64,000 nucleotides of DNA from Patescibacteria group bacterium (GTDB taxonomy: Bacteria; Patescibacteriota; Minisyncoccia; JACQLN01): contig JBBTRR010000006.1 in the NCBI GenBank assembly GCA_038065095.1, forward strand, positions 20,713 through 84,712, given 5' to 3'. The position numbers and the translations under genes were made by a program. Every line of letters begins with the position of its first letter. Positions within the stretch are counted from its first letter, which is position 1. This document shows positions 9,563-19,092 of this stretch, one piece after another. The notes below the pieces were generated by a model, which did not search any database, had not been told where the DNA came from, and saw only the letters and a list, made by a program, of their open reading frames with translations.

Positions 9563-10804
9563 ATGTCTAAATACCGAGAAAGTATATTAAAAAATGGTTT
9601 AAAAATAATCACATCAACGAATGAAAGCGCTTCTGTCGCTATAGTTTCGTTATGGGTAAAAGTCGGTTCGCGACACGAAAAAAAAGGTCAATCGGGTTAT
9701 ACTCATTTTTTAGAACATCTTCTTTGTAAAAAAATAAGTAATCTCTATGGTGGAGATAGTAGAAAACAAATTGGTGCTTATACAAACGCCTTTACAAGCA
9801 GAGAAAACACTCGTTTTGTAATAGAAGTGCCAATAAAGTATGTAAATGACTCTATAAAAGTTTTAAGCTCAGTAATAAGTGATTTTGAAATAAATACTGA
9901 AAATTTTGAAATAAATAAAAAGATTATTATAGAAGAAACACTGGGGGACGAAAATAAACCAATTAGAAAGTTTAATCATTTAACATTAAAGAAATTTTTT
10001 GGCGAACATCCACTTTCTCAAGATCCAATCGGATCTATAGACATAATTAAAAGCTCAACAGTAGAGCAATTAAGAGAATATCAGCACAATTACTTTGTTC
10101 CGGAAAACAGTGCTGTTATAATCATAAGTAATTTACAACATGAACAAATACTAAAAGAAGTAGAAAAATACTTCAAATTATGGGCCAACATTCAAACAAG
10201 AGAAAAAGAGGTACTTGTACCAGTTCACGATAGCAACGAAAATTATTTATATGTACCGACCCAGACAGAACAAACAAGAATAATATTAAATTTTCACTCT
10301 CCGGGAGGACTAAGCCCACAAGAAGAAGCCTCCCTTGTAGTTATAGGTAATTATCTAGGTTTTGGAGTAAAAAGCTTTTTATCTGAAAAATTAAGACATG
10401 CAACAGGATTAGTTTATACAGTAAACACTTTCAATGTCAGATATACGGACGCTGGAATTTTTCAAATACAAACAGCTTCTTCTGATCCAATAAAAACAGT
10501 TAAGATAATATTTGATTTAATTAACAATTTTTTACAAAATATATCTCCACAAGAAATAGAAGAAACTAAAGAAAAAATATATAATATTTCTGAACGTTTT
10601 TATGCAGATCCAAAAAATGAACTGGGATTTTTAGGAGAAGGATTTATTTTATTTAGTAAATTATTTGAACCAGAAGATTATAAAAAATTGATTAAAGAAA
10701 CCACCTTTGAAAAAATAACAGCTACAGGTAAAAAATACCTTAAAAAAGAAAACAGCTTACTAGCAATAATGGGACCAATTAACATAAAAGAAAGCATAAA
10801 TTAA
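9563..10804 (+). CDS. M16 (pitrilysin/insulinase) Zn peptidase
   Basis: Inverted zinc motif HFLEH, NAFTSRE, LR...GLVY. Confidence 0.9.
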   Translation: MSKYRESILKNGLKIITSTNESASVAIVSLWVKVGSRHEKKGQSGYTHFLEHLLCKKISNLYGGDSRKQIGAYTNAFTSRENTRFVIEVPIKYVNDSIKVLSSVISDFEINTENFEINKKIIIEETLGDENKPIRKFNHLTLKKFFGEHPLSQDPIGSIDIIKSSTVEQLREYQHNYFVPENSAVIIISNLQHEQILKEVEKYFKLWANIQTREKEVLVPVHDSNENYLYVPTQTEQTRIILNFHSPGGLSPQEEASLVVIGNYLGFGVKSFLSEKLRHATGLVYTVNTFNVRYTDAGIFQIQTASSDPIKTVKIIFDLINNFLQNISPQEIEETKEKIYNISERFYADPKNELGFLGEGFILFSKLFEPEDYKKLIKETTFEKITATGKKYLKKENSLLAIMGPINIKESIN

Positions 10805-10882
10805 CGTAACCGTTGACCTATCTACAATTAGGTGGTAAGAATACTCACAATAGAACATTGACAATTAAAAGGAGGTTATGGA

Positions 10883-11470
10883 ATGGATAATTCAGGATTA
10901 GAAACAAAACGTATAATCCTCAAACCAATAGAAGAAGCAGATTATTCTATACTATATAAGTGGAGAAATGAGTTTAGGTTTCTTTCTCTATTTTCTGCAA
11001 AAAGGGAAACCATTAGTTTGGGAGATTTTACAAAAGAAATAAAAAGAGAATTTGAACGCAATAGACACCTGCAATTCATCATCCGACGGAAAGATAAAGA
11101 TATTCCGATCGGTACTATGTTTTCTTTCAATTTTAATCCAATAGACGGTTATGTCTTTGTAAACGTATATATTGATTCTGAAGAAGAAAACAAGGGATAT
11201 GGAGTTGAAGCGATAGTATTATTTGTTCATTATCTTTTTATATTTTTACCAATAAGAAAGGTTTGTTTTGAAATATTCTCTTATAACAACCTCTCTCTTT
11301 CAACGATGCAAAACGGATCAAAATATGGCTTCTGCGAAGAAGGTAGGTTTAGAGAACATAGATTTTTTAACGGTAATTATTATGACGTATTTCGTTTTGC
11401 AATTCATAGAAATTCAATTGATAAAATTACTAAAATTTTACAACGTCTTAGAAAAAAACAATATGCTTGA
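10883..11470 (+). CDS. GNAT acetyltransferase, RimJ/RimL-like
   Basis: ETKRIILKP, NKGYGVEA, GFCEEGRFREH; strong AAGGAGG SD upstream. Confidence 0.85.
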   Translation: MDNSGLETKRIILKPIEEADYSILYKWRNEFRFLSLFSAKRETISLGDFTKEIKREFERNRHLQFIIRRKDKDIPIGTMFSFNFNPIDGYVFVNVYIDSEEENKGYGVEAIVLFVHYLFIFLPIRKVCFEIFSYNNLSLSTMQNGSKYGFCEEGRFREHRFFNGNYYDVFRFAIHRNSIDKITKILQRLRKKQYA

Positions 11471-11494
11471 CAATCCTTTTAGACAGAGATAATC

Positions 11495-11752
11495 TACTTA
11501 TTAGCACATTTTCAAATCGAAATACCACCAAGCATATCTGTGGCCGTCGCTGTACAGAAACTAAAGCAAGAATCAAGCAAAGTTCTAAAGAGTAAATTTA
11601 ACTTCATTCAAAACATGTATATAGACGGCCACATCTGGAGTGTGGGGTATTTCTCCTCGACCATTGGTTTAAACGAGGATCAGATAAAGAAATATATAGA
11701 ATACCAAAACAAGAAAGACTTACCCATACAACCTGAGTGTGAATTCTCATGA
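11495..11752 (+). pseudogene. tnpA: 5'-truncated IS200/IS605 TnpA transposase remnant
   Basis: HFQIEIPPSISVAVAVQKLK..IWSVGYFSSTIGLNEDQIKKYIEYQ; N-terminal half and intact HUH motif missing. Confidence 0.85.
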
Positions 11753-11764
11753 GACCAAAGAAAA

Positions 11765-11783
11765 CCCCGCACAGAGTGCGGGG
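11765..11783. mobile_element. IS200-type right-end hairpin
   Basis: ccccgcac-aga-gtgcgggg just after the tnpA stop. Confidence 0.65.
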
Positions 11784-11793
11784 AGGAGGTCAT

Positions 11794-12312
11794 TTATTTT
11801 TTAAATAAAAACTCTTGAATAGAATGTGTATGTTCTCCTAATGGGGGGTGACTATCTTTTTCATCGTATTCGTTATAGGTTATCAGATTAAGAGGACTAA
11901 CACATTTTTCCATTTCCTCTTTAGAGAAAAAAACAGATCTATCTGGTAAAGAAAATATTTTATCTTTTTCTCCAAAAGAAGTTATCACTAAAAAACCGTT
12001 ATTATTTAAAGATTTTATAATATTTGGAAAAAGAGAATGAATAATGAAATTTTTGTCTAAAAAATGCAAAACAAATTTTATTATAATTAAATCGTATTTA
12101 TTATTGAAGTTAAAATCTTCTATTTTTGTTTGAATAGCATTAATACGTGGGTGATCTTTAAGATACGATGGAACTTCTTTTTTATCTACCCAATCTACAT
12201 CCGCACCAAAACTAGCACAGTATAAAGCCTCGGTAGCATGTCCAGCACCTAAATCTAAAACTTTTTTGATACTGTTTTCTGTTAAAATTTTATGTAAATA
12301 AGAAACAATCAT
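11794..12312 (-). CDS. Class I SAM methyltransferase (TehB-like)
   Basis: VLDLGAGHA, YDLII..FVLHFL, C-terminal H..H segment. Confidence 0.8.
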   Translation of the reverse strand: MIVSYLHKILTENSIKKVLDLGAGHATEALYCASFGADVDWVDKKEVPSYLKDHPRINAIQTKIEDFNFNNKYDLIIIKFVLHFLDKNFIIHSLFPNIIKSLNNNGFLVITSFGEKDKIFSLPDRSVFFSKEEMEKCVSPLNLITYNEYDEKDSHPPLGEHTHSIQEFLFKK

Positions 12313-12335
12313 AAAAATATGATATTTAATAAAAA

Positions 12336-12362
12336 CGGAAGAGGGTTATTTTTCCTCTTCCG
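12336..12362 (-). terminator. Intrinsic terminator after the acidic peptide ORF
   Basis: cggaagagg/cctcttccg stem followed by a U-tract on the minus strand. Confidence 0.7.
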
Positions 12363-12372
12363 AACAAGTATA

Positions 12373-12624
12373 TTAATCTCGACCCGAAGGATTGTCATTA
12401 CAGCTCCAATTACTGCCTTCTCGAGCATCTGAATCGGAACCGCTTCGCCCTTGACTGTCTTCATCTATACCTTTCCAATATTCTTCCTGCATATCCTTCT
12501 CATATTCTCCGTAGCCATCACTTACAGCGTCTTCTACTGTAGTATATTCGTTACCACTACCAGCCGCATCCTCTGCTGTAACATATTCACTCTCATCGTT
12601 ATCTCCACCGCCAAAATAAGCCAT
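12373..12624 (-). CDS. Small, very acidic peptide with an internal repeat
   Basis: SD-like AAGGAAGG before ATG 12624; EYxTxEDA repeat; own promoter and terminator. Confidence 0.55.
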   Translation of the reverse strand: MAYFGGGDNDESEYVTAEDAAGSGNEYTTVEDAVSDGYGEYEKDMQEEYWKGIDEDSQGRSGSDSDAREGSNWSCNDNPSGRD

Positions 12625-12771
12625 ATCATCCTTCCTTTCTTGGCTTAAAGCCAATTAATTAAAGAACCAAAAACTTAATCTATTATATCTAAAGTGTTGC
12701 ATTTCAAGGGACAAAATGTCAAATAGAGTGCTATTGCGCCTAATAATATTCTAATATATAATTAACATTCT

Positions 12772-13374
12772 GTGAGAATAGATCAATTAGATAGATTTAG
12801 ATCCTCCGACAGTAGAGAAGAATCTAGTAAAGAAGCTTTGGGAGAAAAAGATGAAAAAGTAAAAAAACCTGAAGCGAATCGGGAAAAAATAACTACAACA
12901 GAAATTGCGCTTTTTGCTGGCTTGCTTGGATTAAAAGCCTATGTGATTTATGATAACAAAAGAAAAGAAGTACAAGAAGCTGTTAATGAGGCTAAAAAAG
13001 ATTTTCAAACTCAACCGGCATCTGTAAAAGAAATAGCTGGCGGATTACTTATGAGGTTTGGCTCGTTAGCGCTCGAATATCAACGAGAACGACAAGAAGA
13101 AAAATTAAAAATAAAACAAAAAGTTTTAAGCTCTTTACAAAAAATAGCTACCGAAGAAGAACGAATTGATTTACTTAGAGATTATGAAAAATTACAAAAT
13201 GAAACTATAAACGAATCTTTGAGAAGTCCCCGAGAAAGAGCAGAAATGACCGAAGAAGAAAAAACAGAAATTAAAACATCAATAGATCCATTAGCACAAG
13301 CCAAACAACAAGCAAAACAAGAAGTTGCTGATTTTGTAAAGGGATTACTAGGTATATCAAGATCTAAAAAATAA
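12772..13374 (+). CDS. Hypothetical helical protein with one hydrophobic segment
   Basis: 200-aa ORF with TATAAT upstream. Confidence 0.6.
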   Translation: MRIDQLDRFRSSDSREESSKEALGEKDEKVKKPEANREKITTTEIALFAGLLGLKAYVIYDNKRKEVQEAVNEAKKDFQTQPASVKEIAGGLLMRFGSLALEYQRERQEEKLKIKQKVLSSLQKIATEEERIDLLRDYEKLQNETINESLRSPRERAEMTEEEKTEIKTSIDPLAQAKQQAKQEVADFVKGLLGISRSKK

Positions 13375-13388
13375 TAAGGAGGTAAAAA

Positions 13389-13646
13389 ATGGATGCTACT
13401 AATTTTTTAAAAGAAAAAGGGAAACTTAAAGAGCTTGCCAGAAAAACGGTATTATTTGGACTTTCGCCAAAAGAAAACCTAGAAGAGTTTGAAAAATTTG
13501 TTGATAGTTTGATCCAATGCCCAGGCTCAGAAAGGTGCATACAATTTTTTATTAATTTATTTGAGGAAGAAAAGCGCGAATTAGCCCCTTATATAGATAC
13601 CCTTAGAAAAGTCTGGCTAGATATTCATACTTCTACCCCTGAATAA
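13389..13646 (+). CDS. Hypothetical protein
   Basis: Perfect SD TAAGGAGGT; terminator acgcccgt/acgggcgt plus T-tract at ~13666-13693. Confidence 0.6.
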   Translation: MDATNFLKEKGKLKELARKTVLFGLSPKENLEEFEKFVDSLIQCPGSERCIQFFINLFEEEKRELAPYIDTLRKVWLDIHTSTPE

Positions 13647-13707
13647 CTTAGTAAAAAATGATCCTACGCCCGTGTAAAAAACGGGCGTTTTTTGTTATAA
13701 TTTAACT

Positions 13708-15285
13708 ATGTTAAGCCAACAAGCAGTAGAAAAAATACTTGGAATTGAAAATGCCACACTATTAGACCCTAAAGATATGGCAAAAAAGTTGGTTATTACT
13801 TTTTATCCCCATGAAAAACATAAAGTAAGCGAAAATATACTTAGTTTTGCGAATAAATTTAAAGAGGCTCTCAAAAATATAGGGGTTACAATAATACCTT
13901 ACGAAGAATCGTTAGTTGAAGTACCTATAAAAAGAAAGCTAAAAATATTATTTTATTCAATAATAGGAAAGATTCCAAAAGGTCTCAAGAAGGGGAAAAA
14001 AATTAAAAGAGGTGTATCAGTTATAACCTTAGGAGAGGGTATCACCGGAGATTTAGCTATGGATAATACACTCGGATTCGCACAAAACAGCGTAATCACA
14101 ATCTTAGATATGCCAGAGGGGATAGGCCACGATACAGAGTTCCATGAACACTTTAATACGGCTATGAATTTATTTGCATACCATATGACAAATATAGCTA
14201 TTGTTATAGATAAGGAAAAATGGATACCTTATAACTTTAATGCCTCTCATCCAATTTATTTAATAGATGAAAATTTAGAAAAAAATATATTAAAAGGCGT
14301 TATACCAAAAATCGCAGCTCCGATAAAGCCTCCTAAACTAAGTGAATTTAAAATTCTTAAGGAAAAATTTGACCCATTTGATAAAGAGCACAAACACATA
14401 ACAGACGACTTTACTGAAAGCGGTTCCATGTTAGAAAAAACAAATTTATATCCCCCTGGTAAATTATTAGACTCACTACCATTTAGAAATGATTTCTATA
14501 AATGGATAGGTAAAATTCATTTAGACCATAGAAACGGAATGAGTTATGGGTTTTTAGCAAGACAACTGCCTACAAAGTTAGGTAGCGTTTATGACAGTAT
14601 AAGTTTTAAAAATAAATTTTCTAAAAACATAGAAAATTTTAATGATTTTTTTAGTCATGATAACGAAAATTATATAATTATTGATACAGCTAAAGGTAAA
14701 ATATGTATACAAATAACCCCAATTTGGGTGCTGGCACAGAAATCAGGTTCAAAAAAAACAAACATAAATCCTGAAAGAGATTTGATTAAAATAGGGTTGG
14801 TTGAGGGAAAAATGCTGATCCAAATACCAAAAAGACTCAAGATTACCCCAGATTACAAGCCTTCTTTTGATACAAAAGTAATATTGGCCCACGCAATAGG
14901 TAATGCAATTATAGCTTCCTTGATAAGACATTTTGATCCAAACTCAAAATTTGTAGATAACGTAGAAGAAAGAGGATTGGCTATAGCTCACTGGCATGGA
15001 TATATAAATCCAGAAATGATACCTGACGGCTGGAGTGTATATGGTGAAAATAATGTCCCTGTTTCTTGTTCAACTCCTCAATCTGCTATATTCGCACTAT
15101 CTGGTAAATTAAATAAGTTTTTAGAGATTTTCAATAACAATAAAAAATATCGGGGAGATATTCATATAGAACCTCATCACGGAAACAATATATGTTTTGA
15201 TTCCTTAAAAGAACTTGGTCAGTTTTTAAGCAAAGAAAATACTTCTAGATTAGGAAATCATTTTTTAAATTTTTATAAACAATAA
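13708..15285 (+). CDS. Hypothetical protein with divergent class II aldolase/adducin-like metalloenzyme domain
   Basis: KSGSKKTNINPERDLIKI, KPSFDT, HWHG, CSTPQSA and EPHHG occur in the order of class II aldolase motifs. Confidence 0.55.
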   Translation: MLSQQAVEKILGIENATLLDPKDMAKKLVITFYPHEKHKVSENILSFANKFKEALKNIGVTIIPYEESLVEVPIKRKLKILFYSIIGKIPKGLKKGKKIKRGVSVITLGEGITGDLAMDNTLGFAQNSVITILDMPEGIGHDTEFHEHFNTAMNLFAYHMTNIAIVIDKEKWIPYNFNASHPIYLIDENLEKNILKGVIPKIAAPIKPPKLSEFKILKEKFDPFDKEHKHITDDFTESGSMLEKTNLYPPGKLLDSLPFRNDFYKWIGKIHLDHRNGMSYGFLARQLPTKLGSVYDSISFKNKFSKNIENFNDFFSHDNENYIIIDTAKGKICIQITPIWVLAQKSGSKKTNINPERDLIKIGLVEGKMLIQIPKRLKITPDYKPSFDTKVILAHAIGNAIIASLIRHFDPNSKFVDNVEERGLAIAHWHGYINPEMIPDGWSVYGENNVPVSCSTPQSAIFALSGKLNKFLEIFNNNKKYRGDIHIEPHHGNNICFDSLKELGQFLSKENTSRLGNHFLNFYKQ

Positions 15286-15299
15286 AAAAACTTACATAA

Positions 15300-16964
15300 A
15301 TGGGGTTTTTATTTAGCAACTACTATCAGGTAACTCTTTTTATTGGGGGAGTCATCGCTTTAATATCAAGTCTTACTGTTTATTACGACGGCCCAAAAAA
15401 AGCCGAAAATATTGGGTGGTTTTTATCTAACTTTTTTGCAGCAATTTGGAGTTTTGGTTATCTGCTTATGATCTCAACCAAAAACTATGAGCAGGCCTAC
15501 CTTAGCAATATAGTTCTTCATTGGGCCGCCATATTTATACCATTATTTTATTTTTTCTTTGCTTTAGCTATAACAAATACCTATGAAAAATATAAAAATG
15601 TATTTTATTTATATTCTGTAATGGGAATAGTTTTAGAAATTCTAAATCCTTCTAGAAATTTTGTAACAGATGTTTTCCCAAAATATATATTTAATTTTGC
15701 TCCCAATGCTGGGTATTTGTATAAATATTTCACAATATATTTTTTTGCAGTAGTAATATCAGCTTTATTAATAATATATAGAAGCTTAAAAGACCCTAGT
15801 AATTCTGAGAAGATAGATAAACTAAGAATAAAGTATATTTTTATTGCATCGGTATTTGGCTTCGCTGGAGGTAGTAGTGTATTTTTGTTAACTTTCAATA
15901 TTCCGATTCCACCTTATAGCTTAGCTCTCTTTTCTCTCTACCCAATAGTAATAACCTTTGCAATACTTAAGCATCATCTATTTAACGTGCGAGTGATTGC
16001 TACAGAACTTTTTATATTTTCTTTATGGATGTTCATAATTATAAAAATTCTATTTTCACAAGATATTACTGAAAGAATTTCTAACATTATACTTCTGGCC
16101 ATTACAATAGCTGTTGGAATTTTACTAATCAAAAGTGTATGGAAAGAAGTTAGAAACAGAGAAAAATTAGAAAAAATGAGTATTCAGTTGGCAGTGGCTA
16201 ATGATGAATTAAAAAGAGTTGACGCGGCTAAATCAGAATTTCTTTCTATAGTTTCGCATCAATTGCGAACCCCGCTGACTGCCATTAAGGGTTATATTTC
16301 TATGATGATAGAAGGCACCTACGGCAAGCTAGAAGAAATTCAAAATGGAACTTTGGAAAAAGTTTTTCAATCGGCTGAACGTTTAATAGTTTTAGTAAAC
16401 GATCTTTTAAACTTAAACCGCATAGAAGACGGCCGAATAATTTATACATTTGCTCCAGTAGATATAGCTCAAATGATAGACGATGCAATTTTTGATCTTA
16501 AATCTATGGCGGAAAATAAGGGTTTAAAACTTGCTTGGATAAAACCGCACGGCTTACCGATGGCTTGGGCTGATGCCGATAAAATCCGACAAGTTGTTAT
16601 TAACTTTATAGATAATTCTATAAAATATACTGCTTCAGGCAATGTAAACGTTAGCTTACGCTTAGAAAATGATTATTTGGTTTATGCTGTAAAAGATACT
16701 GGTGTTGGTATGACTCCAGAAGGTAAAAGTAGGTTATTTAGAAAATTTGAACGCGGAGAGGGTGGGCGATTGATGTATACCGAAGGCACGGGTTTAGGTT
16801 TGTATGTGGCTAAACTTATGACCGAGGCTCACAAAGGCACCGTCAGCGGAGAATCGGAAGGTAAAGACAAGGGCAGTACATTTAGCATCAGAATTCCAAC
16901 CGAAGAATACGCCAAGAAAAATAACGTCAACCAGCAACCCATTGAACCTATAAAACCAGCGTAA
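15300..16964 (+). CDS. Sensor histidine kinase with N-terminal multi-TM (HisKA_7TM-like) domain
   Basis: SHQLRTPLT H-box, NFIDNSIKY N-box, DTGVG, GTGLGL; no response regulator in the window. Confidence 0.92.
   Translation: MGFLFSNYYQVTLFIGGVIALISSLTVYYDGPKKAENIGWFLSNFFAAIWSFGYLLMISTKNYEQAYLSNIVLHWAAIFIPLFYFFFALAITNTYEKYKNVFYLYSVMGIVLEILNPSRNFVTDVFPKYIFNFAPNAGYLYKYFTIYFFAVVISALLIIYRSLKDPSNSEKIDKLRIKYIFIASVFGFAGGSSVFLLTFNIPIPPYSLALFSLYPIVITFAILKHHLFNVRVIATELFIFSLWMFIIIKILFSQDITERISNIILLAITIAVGILLIKSVWKEVRNREKLEKMSIQLAVANDELKRVDAAKSEFLSIVSHQLRTPLTAIKGYISMMIEGTYGKLEEIQNGTLEKVFQSAERLIVLVNDLLNLNRIEDGRIIYTFAPVDIAQMIDDAIFDLKSMAENKGLKLAWIKPHGLPMAWADADKIRQVVINFIDNSIKYTASGNVNVSLRLENDYLVYAVKDTGVGMTPEGKSRLFRKFERGEGGRLMYTEGTGLGLYVAKLMTEAHKGTVSGESEGKDKGSTFSIRIPTEEYAKKNNVNQQPIEPIKPA
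16871..16924 (+). repeat. 54-bp direct repeat, copy 1 (3' end of kinase gene)
   Basis: Identical to 18197-18250. Confidence 0.95.
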
Positions 16965-16990
16965 CCCTTAATTAAATAAACCTAAACATT

Positions 16991-17695
16991 ATGAAAGAAA
17001 ACTTTGATAAGATAGCAGAAGTTGATCAAGAAAATTTAATGGTCAACAAAGTAGTTGAAGACTTTAATAAAATAGAAATACCATTAAAAATTAGAAAAAT
17101 AAAGCTTTTAGAGACAATGGAATTGCCTATTTCAAAAATTGACTTTATCAAAAAAGAAGATGCAGATAGCTTAGAAAGTATGATATTGAAAAAATTTGAA
17201 TACCAAGATTACCCCTTAATAATAAGATTTGCCTGCATACCAGACAAATTTTCTATGCCTTCTTTTTATATTGAAAAAGAAATGGATGGTGAAGAAAAAA
17301 GAGCAATAATAGAGAAGATCAATTCTTTAACTAAAGATGATATGTCCATCAAGTATCTAATCATACAAGATGCGACACCTGTTGAAAGTGCGAAAGATAA
17401 AATATCGGGAAGAATCTCATTTGAAAAAGAAGAATTAATGCCGGTACAGGAAATACTAGAAATATATAAAGGAGCACGAAGTACTGGAATATTAAACAAT
17501 GTTGATATTAATGATCCTAATTTTCAAAGATTTACTAAAAAAGCAGGTGAGTTTATGAAACCAACCAAGAAACTAGATACTGATTCATTAATAAAAGAGA
17601 GTGAGGTTAGAGAAATTTACAGCTTCTTAAACATATACCAAGAAAAAATAGAAACTATTACAGACATAATAGCAAAAAGCCAAAATAACAAATAA
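16991..17695 (+). CDS. Hypothetical protein
   Basis: 234-aa ORF, no recognisable motif. Confidence 0.6.
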   Translation: MKENFDKIAEVDQENLMVNKVVEDFNKIEIPLKIRKIKLLETMELPISKIDFIKKEDADSLESMILKKFEYQDYPLIIRFACIPDKFSMPSFYIEKEMDGEEKRAIIEKINSLTKDDMSIKYLIIQDATPVESAKDKISGRISFEKEELMPVQEILEIYKGARSTGILNNVDINDPNFQRFTKKAGEFMKPTKKLDTDSLIKESEVREIYSFLNIYQEKIETITDIIAKSQNNK

Positions 17696-17720
17696 AAGTT
17701 ACAATGTCAAATATAAACAC

Positions 17721-18128
17721 ATGAACCAACAAATTCAAAAAACAACAGTTAAAGGAACACTAAAAAGGGACGATAAAATCCTTTTTGTTAAGGATACTAA
17801 AGGTATATGGGAACTACCCGGTGGCAGAATAGATTTTGGTGAAAATCCAGAAGAAACTTTAAAAAGAGAATTTAAAGAAGAGCTTGGATGGGATAATGTA
17901 AAGGTTGGCAACACTATTAACGCTTGGAGTTTTACTTCACAAAAAGAAGATGTAGATTACCAATTTATAGTTTTAGTATACGAATGTTTTTCTGAAGAAA
18001 AATATATTAAATATAGCGATGAACATATCGAATACAAGTGGATACCTATATCTGGTGTTAATGAATTAAACATGAGAGATGGCTATAAAAACTCTGTGAG
18101 AAAATTCTTGTCTGGTTTGGACAAGTAA
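17721..18128 (+). CDS. NUDIX hydrolase
   Basis: Nudix box GGRIDFGENPEETLKREFKEELG. Confidence 0.92.
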   Translation: MNQQIQKTTVKGTLKRDDKILFVKDTKGIWELPGGRIDFGENPEETLKREFKEELGWDNVKVGNTINAWSFTSQKEDVDYQFIVLVYECFSEEKYIKYSDEHIEYKWIPISGVNELNMRDGYKNSVRKFLSGLDK

Positions 18129-18179
18129 ATTAAAGATCACCCCAATAACCGAACTTCGTCACGGTGAAAGAAGAGGTAG

Positions 18180-18263
18180 TCTGAAGGCAAGGGTTTGGGC
18201 AGTACATTTAGCATCAGAATTCCAACCGAAGAATACGCCAAGAAAAATAATATAAACCAGTAG
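18180..18263 (+). pseudogene. Duplicated kinase 3' end (contains 54-bp repeat copy 2)
   Basis: Translates SEGKGLGSTFSIRIPTEEYAKKNNINQ*, versus SEGKDKGSTFSIRIPTEEYAKKNNVNQQ in the kinase. Confidence 0.85.
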
Positions 18264-18388
18264 AATCAACCAAGTCATCTTAACTGACACAAATGACAGA
18301 TAGTAAAATAACATTCCAACATTCTCAAGAATGTCAGAATGTTTATATTGTGTTTTAATATCATAATGAAATTTTCCTTCAATAATTT

Positions 18389-18751
18389 ATGAGAAGTAAA
18401 CCTCGGGATTATCTAAATCTTTTAGTGGAAGTGGTAATTGATAGACCGTTTAATAGTTTACATCCTAAACACGGTTTCAAATATGAAACTAATTATGGAT
18501 TTATACCTAATACTATATCCGCAGACGGAGAAGAACTAGATGCTTATGTTTTAAAAGTAGAAAAACCTATAGAAAAATTTCGTGGTAAATGCATAGCCAT
18601 AATTCATCGTGTTAATGATAATGATGATAAATTAGTGGTAATTCCAGAAGATGTGGAAAATATATCCGACGAGGAAATTAAAAAATTAACCCATTTTCAA
18701 GAGCAATATTTTAAATCAATAATTATCAGAGACAATATGTTTGATAACTAA
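18389..18751 (+). CDS. Short family I inorganic pyrophosphatase-like protein
   Basis: YETNYGFIPNT, DGEELDAYVL, DDKLVV. Confidence 0.85.
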   Translation: MRSKPRDYLNLLVEVVIDRPFNSLHPKHGFKYETNYGFIPNTISADGEELDAYVLKVEKPIEKFRGKCIAIIHRVNDNDDKLVVIPEDVENISDEEIKKLTHFQEQYFKSIIIRDNMFDN

Positions 18752-18846
18752 ATTAATATATTAAATAAAAATATCCCCACCGTGTTGCGGCTGGGGATTT
18801 GTTTTATCAACTTATTACTTCTAAGGAAAAAGGTTTTCTCTCTAGC

Positions 18847-18933
18847 TCAGCCTTGAGTTTTTTTCTGGCCCAAAAAAGCATAAAAGTTATTTGCGAATAT
18901 TACCTTTCTAGGTTCTGCCATTATTAATGACAT
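18847..18933 (-). CDS. Possible 28-aa small ORF
   Basis: AAAGGAGG SD before ATG, TTGACG promoter near 19014, terminator hairpin 18773-18798. Confidence 0.3.
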   Translation of the reverse strand: MSLIMAEPRKVIFANNFYAFLGQKKTQG

Positions 18934-19092
18934 CCAAAACCTCCTTTATTTTTATAAAAACAATTAATTTATAAAACTTATTCCTAAATTATCACTTTGA
19001 TTGAATTACGTCAAGTAAAGTTTTACCTTGTAAAAACCCTGTGTAAAAGGTTAAAATGGACACTATATAGATTCGATAAAAACTCACTATAA

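Noticed and set aside
11495-11790. IS200 TnpA as the active mobiliser of the palindromes
   Set aside because: The gene is 5'-truncated without an intact HUH motif, and its end hairpin does not match the repeat families.
16871-18250. 54-bp repeat as a DGR template/variable repeat pair
   Set aside because: The core is identical, flanking differences are not adenine-specific, and no reverse transcriptase is present in the window.
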